Source of the DNA: an uncultured archaeon
Lineage (GTDB): Archaea; EX4484-52; LFW-46
Assembly (NCBI GenBank): GCA_902384675.1
Contig: CABMCT010000025.1
Coordinates: 2,791 to 66,790, forward strand
DNA length: 64,000 bases
Direction: 5' to 3'
A program made the translations under genes and the position numbers. Shown here in pieces: positions 39,391-48,248 of the stretch (position 1 is its first letter; the number at the start of each line of letters is the position of its first letter). The notes below the pieces were generated by a model. That model had not been told where the DNA came from, ran no database searches, and worked only from the letters and a program-made list of their open reading frames with translations.

Positions 39391-40209
39391 TTACTCCACT
39401 AAATGTTCTTTCCTTAATAGGTCGATAATATCCGCCCAAGTTTCGTCGAATTTATCTCTAAACTTCCAGTGTATTACGCTTAATGTTAATCCGTAACCTG
39501 CGTCACCGGTAAATCCTCTAAGTTTTTGTAGATTCAGGCTTTCGGCCAAGACTCCAGTGGACTTATAAGCTGCTTTGTAATCTGCGCCTGATCCTGTGAT
39601 TGCTATATCTACTCCCAAAATCATCAAATCCCGATAGAACCTTTTGAACTGTATGTTCTCGGAAGATGGGGTTAGACCGATAGATGATTGATATAGGTTA
39701 TTATACGACGGCACAACAGGCGCATACTCCAATGCGCCGTTTAATGGCTTTATTTTTTCAAAAAGCGCTTTAGGGTCATTGATAATTGGCACGGTAGCTC
39801 CAGAGTTGCTATTCAGTGTATCGATAAGGTGGTTAATTTGAATTATTTTCTCTCTGAACGTATCATAATTATCAAAAGAAGTGCTGTTTACGGGTCCGAT
39901 AGAGTTCACATTTGAAGAAATCTCCAAAGCGAGTTGTTTTGCATTGTCCGGAACTTTTCCATCATTTAATAATGCGTTGGAGTAAAGATTCAACAATTCT
40001 AAAGAATTTGTTTTGGCATTTTCGAGAGTATCTGTAATCATATCAACGGGGACTCCATTTTTCTCAGCCAAAGACTTAAGCTGAGCAATATCAATAGTCG
40101 GTATCTGCGTAGGATTAACCGTCGGTATAAGTTTTCCTGGTTGGAATCCATCACATCCAGCAACCAAAATAACTGCAATCAAACCTATTGAAACGATTAA
40201 CTTTGTCAT
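39391..40209 (-). CDS. predicted lipoprotein, unknown function
   Basis: Signal peptide with lipobox LVAGC followed by a Pro/Thr-rich linker. Confidence 0.5.
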   Translation of the reverse strand: MTKLIVSIGLIAVILVAGCDGFQPGKLIPTVNPTQIPTIDIAQLKSLAEKNGVPVDMITDTLENAKTNSLELLNLYSNALLNDGKVPDNAKQLALEISSNVNSIGPVNSTSFDNYDTFREKIIQINHLIDTLNSNSGATVPIINDPKALFEKIKPLNGALEYAPVVPSYNNLYQSSIGLTPSSENIQFKRFYRDLMILGVDIAITGSGADYKAAYKSTGVLAESLNLQKLRGFTGDAGYGLTLSVIHWKFRDKFDETWADIIDLLRKEHLVE

Positions 40210-40451
40210 CGCAATGCACTCTCATAACATTAAATTATATGATTATTCGGCTTTTACAGCCGATGCAAGTAACCGGAAATATGAGTAATTATGTAATACT
40301 AAAATTTTTAACAGGCAAAAATGGCATGTTTTGAAATTCCGACAAGACCTTTGCAAACACACAGCTCATTTCCGCAGAAATTTGCAAAAATGAGCCATCA
40401 AGCTTAAATCTTGATAGGTGCCAACCATACGTAACAATTGCCGTGATTGCT

Positions 40452-41573
40452 ATGGGTAATTTGTTTACGCATGTCCGTAGTGAGGAGCAGAGCATCATCA
40501 TAAAAGAAGAAGCGCTGATGCCGGAATACTTTCCAGAAGAACTGGTTCACCGCGACGCTGAAATGAACGCTGTTGCAGAAGCCGTAAAGCCGCTCATAAA
40601 TTGCCGCCAGCCTGAGAACATATTCGTTTATGGCGATTCCGGTACAGGAAAGACAACATGCATGAAACACATTCTTAAAGAGCTTGAGGGCCACACATTC
40701 CGCGTCGAGACTGTTTATGCCAACTGCTGGGAACATTCGACGCGAATGGCCGTATATTCATTAATCGTAAACGCATTAAGAGTGATTTTGCCGCGCAGGG
40801 GCCTGGCAACTGACGAGGTTTTCGACCGTATACTAGAGGCAATGGAAAAGAAAAACGTGCGCGTGCTTGTTGTGCTGGATGAGCTTGATGGTTTATTCTT
40901 CCACAATGAAGAGCGGCTACTTCACGATCTTGCATGCGCAGGGAAAGGGAAGCCGTTTTTCGGCATAATCGGGATTTCAAACGACAGGCATCTCTTCGCT
41001 GAAAAGGATATCAGGATAAAGAGTTCACTAAGATTAACAGAACTTGAGTTCAAGCACTATACGTCTGAGCAGATGAGCGATATCCTGACGGAGCGGGCGA
41101 ATATGGGGTTGTTGCCCGGAAGCTGGGATAAGCGCGTGATGGATGAATGCGCAAAAAGAGCAGTTGACAAAAATAGCAATGTGCGCATTGGCTTAGAGCT
41201 TTTGTGGAAAGCCGCAAAGCATGCGGACAAGCAGAACAAAAAGAAAATAACTATTGAAGACGTCGAGTTTGCAGGCGCAAAAATGGTGTACGACTCTAAA
41301 AGCCATGTAGTAGAATCAGAATTTGAGCTTCGGTCAAAAAGCCTGAGTGATGAGGAGCGGCTAATACTAGAGATATTAAAGAACGGGGCAAAGACTTCCT
41401 CGGAAGTTTATCCCGCATTTTGCAGGAAGATGATGCGCACCAAGCGCCAGATTCGCAATTACGTAAAGGCGCTGGAAGCAAAGAAGCTTATAGTGGCCGA
41501 GGATATCGAAGGGTACAATTCGATGCTGAACACAAAGAAAATCCGGCTTAGCTGGGAGGAGGCGAAAAAATGA
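40452..41573 (+). CDS. orc1: Orc1/Cdc6 replication initiator
   Basis: PEELVHRDAEM, Walker A VYGDSGTGKTT, Walker B VLVVLDELD and a C-terminal winged helix. Confidence 0.9.
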   Translation: MGNLFTHVRSEEQSIIIKEEALMPEYFPEELVHRDAEMNAVAEAVKPLINCRQPENIFVYGDSGTGKTTCMKHILKELEGHTFRVETVYANCWEHSTRMAVYSLIVNALRVILPRRGLATDEVFDRILEAMEKKNVRVLVVLDELDGLFFHNEERLLHDLACAGKGKPFFGIIGISNDRHLFAEKDIRIKSSLRLTELEFKHYTSEQMSDILTERANMGLLPGSWDKRVMDECAKRAVDKNSNVRIGLELLWKAAKHADKQNKKKITIEDVEFAGAKMVYDSKSHVVESEFELRSKSLSDEERLILEILKNGAKTSSEVYPAFCRKMMRTKRQIRNYVKALEAKKLIVAEDIEGYNSMLNTKKIRLSWEEAKK

Positions 41574-41749
41574 AGGGCGAAACCATGATTTCAAAAAACA
41601 GCGTGCGTGTGTTCCTTAAGAAGAATGATATGCGGGTTGCAGCTGACGTATTCGGACAGTTGGACCAGGAGTTAAAGGATATTTTGTTGAAAGCTGCGAA
41701 GCGCGCCAAAGCGAACCATCGCTCGACTGTAATGGCGCAGGATTTGTAA
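41570..41749 (+). CDS. DUF1931-like histone-fold mini-protein (59 aa), below the ORF-track cutoff
   Basis: Manual translation gives MKGETMISKNSVRVFLKKNDMRVAADVFGQLDQELKDILLKAAKRAKANHRSTVMAQDL. The ATG overlaps the orc1 stop as ATGA. The pattern resembles the DUF1931 histone-like fold. Confidence 0.55.
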   Translation: MKGETMISKNSVRVFLKKNDMRVAADVFGQLDQELKDILLKAAKRAKANHRSTVMAQDL

Positions 41750-41754
41750 TTAGT

Positions 41755-41946
41755 TTATTTTTCTATCCGCCACACCTTCTCTATTTGCTCCTGAAATAAG
41801 TTCAGCACCTTACCGGAAAATTCAACCTGATACGCAGGACGACATTCGAGATAGATATATTTTCTTACAATTCCAATACTGCCTATGTGTACGCCATGCA
41901 AATGGACCTTAATCCTTACCTTGCTGCCATCCTTGAATAATCGCAT
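41755..41946 (-). CDS. hypothetical small protein
   Basis: 63-aa ORF. No motif recognised. Confidence 0.3.
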   Translation of the reverse strand: MRLFKDGSKVRIKVHLHGVHIGSIGIVRKYIYLECRPAYQVEFSGKVLNLFQEQIEKVWRIEK

Positions 41947-42026
41947 ACTACCAGCCTCTTAGAGTCTCTGGGAAGCATAAATTTATAAAGCTTAAACTTA
42001 TGATATATCATAGAGAGGTGTCACAA

Positions 42027-42254
42027 ATGGCTGAAGAAACAGCAAAAAAGATTATTGAGTATATGGCCACACTCGAATGGCCGGCAACAACAGAGGATAT
42101 TGCGGCTGGTGTAAAAATCAGCTGGAACACTGCGCAGGTCCATCTTATGAAGCTGCAGATGGAAGGCAGGGTTAAATTCAGGCGGGTCGGGCGGCAGAAC
42201 CAGTGGTGGCTGAATAGGAATTATAAGGAGAATTTTAACGAGAATAAACCATAA
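42027..42254 (+). CDS. small winged-helix DNA-binding protein
   Basis: ATG at 42027 preceded by GAGAGGTG. KIIEYMATLEWPATTEDIAAGVKISWNTAQVHLMKLQMEGRVKFRRVG has a wHTH pattern. Confidence 0.55.
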   Translation: MAEETAKKIIEYMATLEWPATTEDIAAGVKISWNTAQVHLMKLQMEGRVKFRRVGRQNQWWLNRNYKENFNENKP

Positions 42255-42300
42255 AAGGCGGCATAAAAATAGTAAATGGTAAATTATGTGAAGAGCTCTT

Positions 42301-42879
42301 ATGACCGACCTGAATCTCGCGTTGTTTTATATCATCAACGGACCTGCAGGAAAGAGTCCTGTTCTTGATACTGCTGCAATATTTACTGCAAACTACCTCC
42401 TCTATATTTTTCTCATTTATCTTGCATACTTGTGGTTTGCAAGAAGCAAGTATAGGCAGGAGATATTATTTGCCGGATATGCCGCGATTCTCGGATTGGG
42501 GCTGAATTTTATCATCACATTGTTTTACTTCCACCCAAGGCCTTTTATGATTCCTGTAGGGACGCTGCTTATAGCGCATGCTCCTGAAACTTCTTTTCCG
42601 TCAGACCACACCACTTTTATGTTTGCGGTTTCGCTGATGTTCCTGACATTTAAGGACTTTAGGAGCAAAGGCGCAGTATTATTTGTACTGGCGTTCATCG
42701 GCGGGCTTGCAAGAGTTTATGCGGGGCTTCATTTTCCGATGGATATAGCCGGCTCCCTGGTTGTTGCTTTGATTTCAGTTGGCCTGCTGTCATTTTTGAA
42801 GCAGTATTTAGTTCATGTTAATCAAGTATTGATTGTTTACTTTGGGATTATTGAGGATAGGTGTACAAAAGGTAATTGA
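42301..42879 (+). CDS. PAP2-family phosphatase (undecaprenyl-diphosphatase/BcrC-like)
   Basis: PAP2 motifs SFPSDHT and ARVYAGLHFPMDIAGS in a polytopic membrane protein. Confidence 0.8.
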   Translation: MTDLNLALFYIINGPAGKSPVLDTAAIFTANYLLYIFLIYLAYLWFARSKYRQEILFAGYAAILGLGLNFIITLFYFHPRPFMIPVGTLLIAHAPETSFPSDHTTFMFAVSLMFLTFKDFRSKGAVLFVLAFIGGLARVYAGLHFPMDIAGSLVVALISVGLLSFLKQYLVHVNQVLIVYFGIIEDRCTKGN

Positions 42880-42907
42880 AGACGCAATATTTTCGGGCAG
42901 TAACTTC

Positions 42908-43271
42908 CGAATTCACTTATCATATATCAACCAAAAAGGTGTTTTATGGTATGAAAATAAGCGAGAGTATATAGTAGACGTTTAAGGGCACTTTTTCATA
43001 GGGAAATATTTATATGTTATTTCCCTACATACAGCACTTCGTGACAGCCAAGATGGTATGGAATGCACGTTCTGCGCTCGAAAAATACTGTCATTAATTA
43101 TGAAGAACAATGATTAATATAATACATGATTGTTATCAAAAATGATAATTATCATGTATTTTCATTTCCTTGGAGTCTCGTCAATTTGCATAAAATCTTT
43201 ATAAACATCCGAATTCATCTTATATTATAATTCAACCAAAAAGGTGTTTTATAATATGAAAATAAGCGAGA
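42908..43271. repeat. ~60-bp direct repeat pair (42908-42966 and 43209-43271) bracketing an AT-rich palindrome-rich segment
   Basis: Both copies read CCGAATTCA..TCAACCAAAAAGGTGTTTTAT..TATGAAAATAAGCGAGA. The first copy ends in a 7-codon stub (MKISESI*). Between them are the 10-bp inverted repeat TAGGGAAATA/TATTTCCCTA and a ~40-bp near-palindrome AATACATGAT...ATCATGTATT. Confidence 0.75.
43198..43205 (+). promoter_or_regulatory. candidate TATA box upstream of abiEi
   Basis: AAATCTTTATAAACATC at 43193-43209, with AAAGGTG about 9 nt before the ATG at 43256. Confidence 0.4.
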
Positions 43272-43912
43272 CCATAATTCGGGAATTTTCACTTAAAGGC
43301 AAGAAGATACTCACAGCGCGCGACCTAAAAAGCATATGCGACAAATACAGCTTTGATTTCAGGAAGACAAAGGTTGCGCTATTGAATAAAGGGTATCTTG
43401 TTACTATCTTTCGTGGCATCTACTATCTGAAAGATTATAATGAGAAAAAAACAGGAGTGATAAAATACTCAGCAAACGAGCTTCTTTCATTAGGCCTTGC
43501 GGAAAGAGGCGTTAAAAACTGGTATTTCGGCCTGAATACTGCGCTGAAGATGCTTAACCTCACCCATGAAATTTTTCCGGTGAATTACGTGCTGAACGAC
43601 AAATTCAACAGGACAAGGCCGCTGGAAATCCTTGGCTCAAAATTCCTGTTCCGGAGGATAAAAACGCCCCTGTTTTCGTTCGGGATTAAAGAAACAATGA
43701 CTTCAAACAGGATTTTAATAAAATACAGCGATGCTGAAAAAACTCTGCTTGATATGGCTTATCTGTACCGGCTTTCTGGAAAGCCAGGAGACGCAATAAA
43801 GCCGTTGATAAAAGAATACAGAAGCACAATAAGCAGAAGCAAGCTGATTTCATACTCAAAGAGCTATCCGACAACTGTCAGAAATATTGTTATTGGTGCG
43901 TTAAATGGATAA
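43256..43912 (+). CDS. abiEi: AbiEi-like type IV antitoxin / transcriptional regulator
   Basis: N-terminal wHTH-like LTARDLKSICD...GYLVTIFRGIYYL. YFGLNTALKMLNLTHE and SDAEKTLLD match AbiEi family patterns. It overlaps the downstream NTase gene by 8 nt. Confidence 0.7.
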   Translation: MKISETIIREFSLKGKKILTARDLKSICDKYSFDFRKTKVALLNKGYLVTIFRGIYYLKDYNEKKTGVIKYSANELLSLGLAERGVKNWYFGLNTALKMLNLTHEIFPVNYVLNDKFNRTRPLEILGSKFLFRRIKTPLFSFGIKETMTSNRILIKYSDAEKTLLDMAYLYRLSGKPGDAIKPLIKEYRSTISRSKLISYSKSYPTTVRNIVIGALNG

Positions 43913-44828
43913 GGAAAGACTAAAGGAATTTATTGCATTTTTGAAAAACAAGACTGCCATAAAGTCAGAAGAGTTGCTTGAAAAGGACTTTTACATAAGC
44001 GTGCTTCTGCAGAAAATAGGAACCGGCGAATATGCATTCAAAGGCGGCACATGCTTATCAAAAGTGTACCTGAATTATTACAGGATTTCTGAGGATGTCG
44101 ACCTTACATACATTGACCAAAATGCCTTTAAGGGTAAAAGCACGAAGCAAATAAAGAAAATCTGCTCCGAGAAAATAACGATTTTTGGTAAACTGCTGGA
44201 GGATATCGCAAAAGAATACGATTTTGACTTCAGGCTTGAGAAAAGTAACAAGCGCTATGTCGAGCTCGGGAGCAATAACAAGCTTGCGACTTTCAAAATA
44301 TGGTATCGCTCAGCATTTACGGATACGGAATCGTTCATAAAGATACAGATAAACTTTCTTGAAATTATAAAATATCCCATAATAGAAAAAGCAATATTGC
44401 CGATAATAAACGTCAGCGCATTTTCAGAAACTGAACACACGTATTTTTCGGATTTTATGGGCGTCTACAAGCCGCTGAAATGGCATGTATATGATTTGCA
44501 CGAGATTGCTTCTGAGAAAGTGCGCGCACTGCTGACAAGAAAAGGCGTTAAAGCACGGGATATTGTCGATTTGTATTTCCTTGAGAAGAAGCATAAAATC
44601 AACATTTATGCACTCAAAGATGCATGTGTTGAAAAGGTGAATTTTGCTATCAGAAGCTATGATAAGTACAAAAAATCCTTTTTGGCAAGAGATTCATTTG
44701 AGAAAGGCATTCTTTTGGAAGACGTATCGCATCTTATGCTTACCGAACTCGATAAAAAGGACTTTGAGGCGTTCACCCAAAAATTGTTCGCGTTTCTGGA
44801 AGAAGTAAAGGCGGAAATCAGTACATAA
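43905..44828 (+). CDS. abiEii: AbiEii/AbiGii-family nucleotidyltransferase toxin
   Basis: LEKDFYISVLLQKI...YAFKGGTCLSKVYLNYYRISEDVDLTY is the hallmark N-terminal NTase segment of the DUF1814/AbiEii family. Confidence 0.8.
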   Translation: MDKERLKEFIAFLKNKTAIKSEELLEKDFYISVLLQKIGTGEYAFKGGTCLSKVYLNYYRISEDVDLTYIDQNAFKGKSTKQIKKICSEKITIFGKLLEDIAKEYDFDFRLEKSNKRYVELGSNNKLATFKIWYRSAFTDTESFIKIQINFLEIIKYPIIEKAILPIINVSAFSETEHTYFSDFMGVYKPLKWHVYDLHEIASEKVRALLTRKGVKARDIVDLYFLEKKHKINIYALKDACVEKVNFAIRSYDKYKKSFLARDSFEKGILLEDVSHLMLTELDKKDFEAFTQKLFAFLEEVKAEIST

Positions 44829-44844
44829 AACCCAATTCTAATTC

Positions 44845-44957
44845 ATTCGCAATTCTTGGCAGCTAAAACCTCGTTTTGCGCTTTTTTCACTTGCTTTTCA
44901 AGAATTGCAATTCGCAATTATTCGCAAGTTCCACAAGCTAAAAACGCATTTTGCGCT
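44845..44957. repeat. repeat-rich convergent intergenic region
   Basis: ATTCGCAA occurs three times (44845, 44910, 44920). A 10-bp inverted repeat GCAATTCTTG (44849-44858) / CAAGAATTGC (44899-44908) is present. A direct repeat AGCTAAAA(C)C.CGTTTTGCGCT lies at 44861-44882 and 44936-44957. Confidence 0.7.
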
Positions 44958-44976
44958 CATAAATCCGCCCACTTAA

Positions 44977-47385
44977 TTATGTGAACAACTCTTTGACCTT
45001 CTCTCTTATCTGGGAGCGAACTATCACCTTGCCGTATTTCTCGAACTCTTTTTTGATTTCCACGTTTGTGACGAGTATATAGCAATCATCGTATTCAGCG
45101 CGTATTTTTTCGTATTTAATCTTGGTTTCCTTCTGTTTCTTTTCTTCCATGCTTCCGGTTTCGACTTCAAAACAGATTTTCCTCTCGCCTTTCATTATAA
45201 CAACGTCCGGCTTAACTGTGGTGTAGAGAAAAACATGTTCGGTATATTTTCGTATTTCTGCCTCCAAGATTTTGCAGAAAAAGAAGTGAACTGGGCTTTC
45301 GTTGAAGCGCGGCTTTACATAGTAAATGAAACCCTTCCCGGCACCAAACGGATTAGTATCTATCTCTGCGTATTCCTCGTTTTCAAGCATCTTACACTGG
45401 TCCGACGTCAGAGTACTTTTGAGATAAAAGCCGGCATAGATGTCAAATATTGGCTTTTCTTCTTTCTTCCCTTTTGGCTTTGCATCTTTCACCACCCTCA
45501 GCTTAATCACTTCTGCCGGATCGGTTGTAATCATGTCGTGTATTTTTGGCGATGGCCTGGCAAAGAACTTGCATCTGTCCTCTTCGGTTATTAGCAAACC
45601 ATGGCCCTTCCCGCATTTTATTAAAAAGTCTTTCTCGTTCTGATTAAGCTTTAGCACTTTGCTTATCAGGTCAATGTTCGACGTGTTCTGCCTCATCAAA
45701 AGCTTTACCGATGCCTGATTGAGAATTGAGCGGCCTCCGTCGCTGTTAAGCAAGTCCTCTATTTCCTGTGTGACAAAGCCAATTGAAGCCCCGAACTTTC
45801 TTGAGGTTTTAATAAAATTCAATACGTATCCTTCCGCTTCCTTGCTGCGTAATAAAGCCCAACCTTCGTCAATAAGAAGAACTTTTGAAGAGTTGTCTTT
45901 TTCAATTTCGCGCTTTATGAAGTCCAGAACAATAAACATCATTAGCGGCTTTACTGCTTGCGGCAGCTTGCTTAAATCGAAGTTCAGGAACTTGTTCTGA
46001 ACATCTATCTCTGTAGGTCGGTCCATGAATCCAAAGAAACCGCTTCTGCAATACATTCCAATTCGGTTAAGTAACACTTGCAAACTCTTTGTATCAGGAG
46101 AAAGCCGACGCCTATCCCGCTTTTCATACTCCTTAAGCTCAAGCTCAAGAACCTTGTAGAGATCGGAAAACACAGGCGGCTCCTTAGTCCACGTCTTCGT
46201 ATCATCCTTGAATATTCCCTTGTGCTCGTACACAAGCGGCAAAACCCGATTCAAAACTCCTTTTTGGCTTTCTGTAAGCCCTCCAACAATGATGTCGAAG
46301 AGAGGGATTAGCGTCAGCATTTTGCTGCCAAAGTCTGTCCCGTTCAAATCGAAAACATTAATCATTGACTTGGAGGTTCTTGAAAGCTCGATGTTTTGTC
46401 CTCCGAATCTTTCGCATATCTGCTTGTACTCGGCATTAGGATCCAAAATAAAAACCTGGGAGTCTTCTGCAAAAAGTATTTGCAGCATCAGGTACTTGGC
46501 CGTATAGCTCTTTCCCGAGCCTGAGATTCCCAGAATAAGAAAATGCTTGTTTGACATTTTCGAGAAATTAATGAATATCGGGTTGCTTGTTTCTTCTTCA
46601 TGGGCAAATAGGATTCCTTGCTTGTCCGGGCTTGAAGACGAAATAAACGGGAACGTTGCAGCCAGTGAATTTGTCGGGAATTCCTGCTGGGCCGTAAGCT
46701 CGTCCATGCCTAATGGCAGGCAGGACCGCACGCCTTCGTACATCCGAAAGTTTGTTGTCTTTGGAATTATCAGGAGCGCATTAAGATTTGACTTGCATTT
46801 TTCAGTCAGCATATCCAGTTTTTCAAGCGTAGCTTCCTTATTGTCGATATAAAGGGAGACCCTGAATAGTTTCTCCTCTCCCTTATAGAGCGCGTCGTAA
46901 ATCCGTTTTGTGTCTGCAAGCTTTATTTCAAGAGATGGGTTAGGCGTTCCTTTTGCAGTGCTTGAAATTAAATCAGTGGTTTGCCTGATTATCTGGTTAT
47001 GGAGAAATGTTAGCGTTTCTTCAATCATGGACGGCTGTATGTGAATCGAAATATCGTAATTTTCATTTTTGTTCAGGAATGCCTGAAGCCAGCCGTCATC
47101 AACCTTTCTTGGATAGCCTACTGCCTGCACAACGCGATGGTATGTCTCGTTTACCCTGGCATAGTTCGGCTTTATTTCCATGTAAGACGGCGTAATCAGG
47201 TATGAAAACATTTCTTCGGGTAGTATAACTCTCGGCTTTTGTTTTGGCAACTGCGGAAAAAATCGCCACGCTTTTCTTGGCTTGTCCTTGTTCAGCTTCT
47301 GCTCTACCAAATGCTCCACTTCTTCAGGAGTAAGCAACTGAGGCTTCCTGTGCTCAATTATTGTTTCTTCTTCTCGTTCTGACAT
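44977..47385 (-). CDS. VirB4/TraC-like conjugation ATPase with a C-terminal PD-(D/E)xK-like extension
   Basis: YHRVVQAVGYPRKVDDGWLQAFL...YDISIHIQP (VirB4 N-domain pattern), Walker A GISGSGKSYT and Walker B VLLIDEGW. The last ~130 aa contain ESPVH...KPDVVIMKGERKICFEVETG. Confidence 0.85.
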   Translation of the reverse strand: MSEREEETIIEHRKPQLLTPEEVEHLVEQKLNKDKPRKAWRFFPQLPKQKPRVILPEEMFSYLITPSYMEIKPNYARVNETYHRVVQAVGYPRKVDDGWLQAFLNKNENYDISIHIQPSMIEETLTFLHNQIIRQTTDLISSTAKGTPNPSLEIKLADTKRIYDALYKGEEKLFRVSLYIDNKEATLEKLDMLTEKCKSNLNALLIIPKTTNFRMYEGVRSCLPLGMDELTAQQEFPTNSLAATFPFISSSSPDKQGILFAHEEETSNPIFINFSKMSNKHFLILGISGSGKSYTAKYLMLQILFAEDSQVFILDPNAEYKQICERFGGQNIELSRTSKSMINVFDLNGTDFGSKMLTLIPLFDIIVGGLTESQKGVLNRVLPLVYEHKGIFKDDTKTWTKEPPVFSDLYKVLELELKEYEKRDRRRLSPDTKSLQVLLNRIGMYCRSGFFGFMDRPTEIDVQNKFLNFDLSKLPQAVKPLMMFIVLDFIKREIEKDNSSKVLLIDEGWALLRSKEAEGYVLNFIKTSRKFGASIGFVTQEIEDLLNSDGGRSILNQASVKLLMRQNTSNIDLISKVLKLNQNEKDFLIKCGKGHGLLITEEDRCKFFARPSPKIHDMITTDPAEVIKLRVVKDAKPKGKKEEKPIFDIYAGFYLKSTLTSDQCKMLENEEYAEIDTNPFGAGKGFIYYVKPRFNESPVHFFFCKILEAEIRKYTEHVFLYTTVKPDVVIMKGERKICFEVETGSMEEKKQKETKIKYEKIRAEYDDCYILVTNVEIKKEFEKYGKVIVRSQIREKVKELFT

Positions 47386-48248
47386 GGCTTATCACGCTCC
47401 TTGGATTTGAAAAATGACTGGCATACACTCACGCGCCAAAGATAGTCTTCGTTTACCTCAACGTAGCCTTCAAAATAGGACATTATCAGAGAAACAAGCT
47501 GGTTTGTGTTCAGGCGATAGCTTGTCAGGCCGCAGTTGCCAAGCTTTGACTGGATTATCCTGACTCGCTCCTCTAGCTTTTTGAGCTGCCTTTCCTTGTG
47601 AATTGTTGTGCTTTCCTGGCTTATCGGAACCACAACATAGTAAAGCCGCTCTTTTACGAAGTGCTCTTTCAGAAATTTTTCCTCGTAAACTCTGAAGTCG
47701 TTGTACAAGCCGATTAAGCTCTCATCCTTGGTTCTCAGTATCTTGGCTTCATGGTCGCTGAAATAATCCGCTAAACTGACATTAACTGTCCTGACAACTA
47801 TCTGGATAGGATGAGGGAGCTGGTTCAGAAAGTCGCGGTAGTTAAGTATTATTGATTTCTGCCTGCCATCATCAAGCAGCTCGAAATTAACAGGTTTTAC
47901 AAGGAGTATTGCCCTTGATTCCCCATTTTCCAGATAGACTGTATCACTTTCTATCCTCTTTACGCCGACAAATGCCCGGACTTTTTTATCCAACGCGCCG
48001 CCGATTCGAACGTTGCGTAGGTAGGAAACTCTTTCTAAAAGTATTCGCTCAAAGCCAAGAAACGCAAAGCCAATACCAAGCAGAATTGCGAATGACGGCA
48101 GCACTAGTTTTGCCTCATTCTGCAATGGCAGCTTGTATGAAAATCCGGCCAGCATGGCGAAACCTACAAAATACGCCAGCTGCTTCATGTCCAGATTCAG
48201 GAAGATTTTTTCCTTGTACCTGACTTTGTCCGGTATATCGTAGCTCAT
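47358..48248 (-). CDS. VirB3/PrgI-like membrane protein fused to a VirB4-N-terminal-like domain
   Basis: KIFLNLDMKQLAYFVGFAMLAGF plus a second TM helix (PrgI/VirB3 pattern), then VYLENGESRAILLVKPVNFELLDD...FLNQLPHPIQIVV. Overlaps both neighbouring genes. Confidence 0.55.
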   Translation of the reverse strand: MSYDIPDKVRYKEKIFLNLDMKQLAYFVGFAMLAGFSYKLPLQNEAKLVLPSFAILLGIGFAFLGFERILLERVSYLRNVRIGGALDKKVRAFVGVKRIESDTVYLENGESRAILLVKPVNFELLDDGRQKSIILNYRDFLNQLPHPIQIVVRTVNVSLADYFSDHEAKILRTKDESLIGLYNDFRVYEEKFLKEHFVKERLYYVVVPISQESTTIHKERQLKKLEERVRIIQSKLGNCGLTSYRLNTNQLVSLIMSYFEGYVEVNEDYLWRVSVCQSFFKSKERDKPCQNEKKKQ

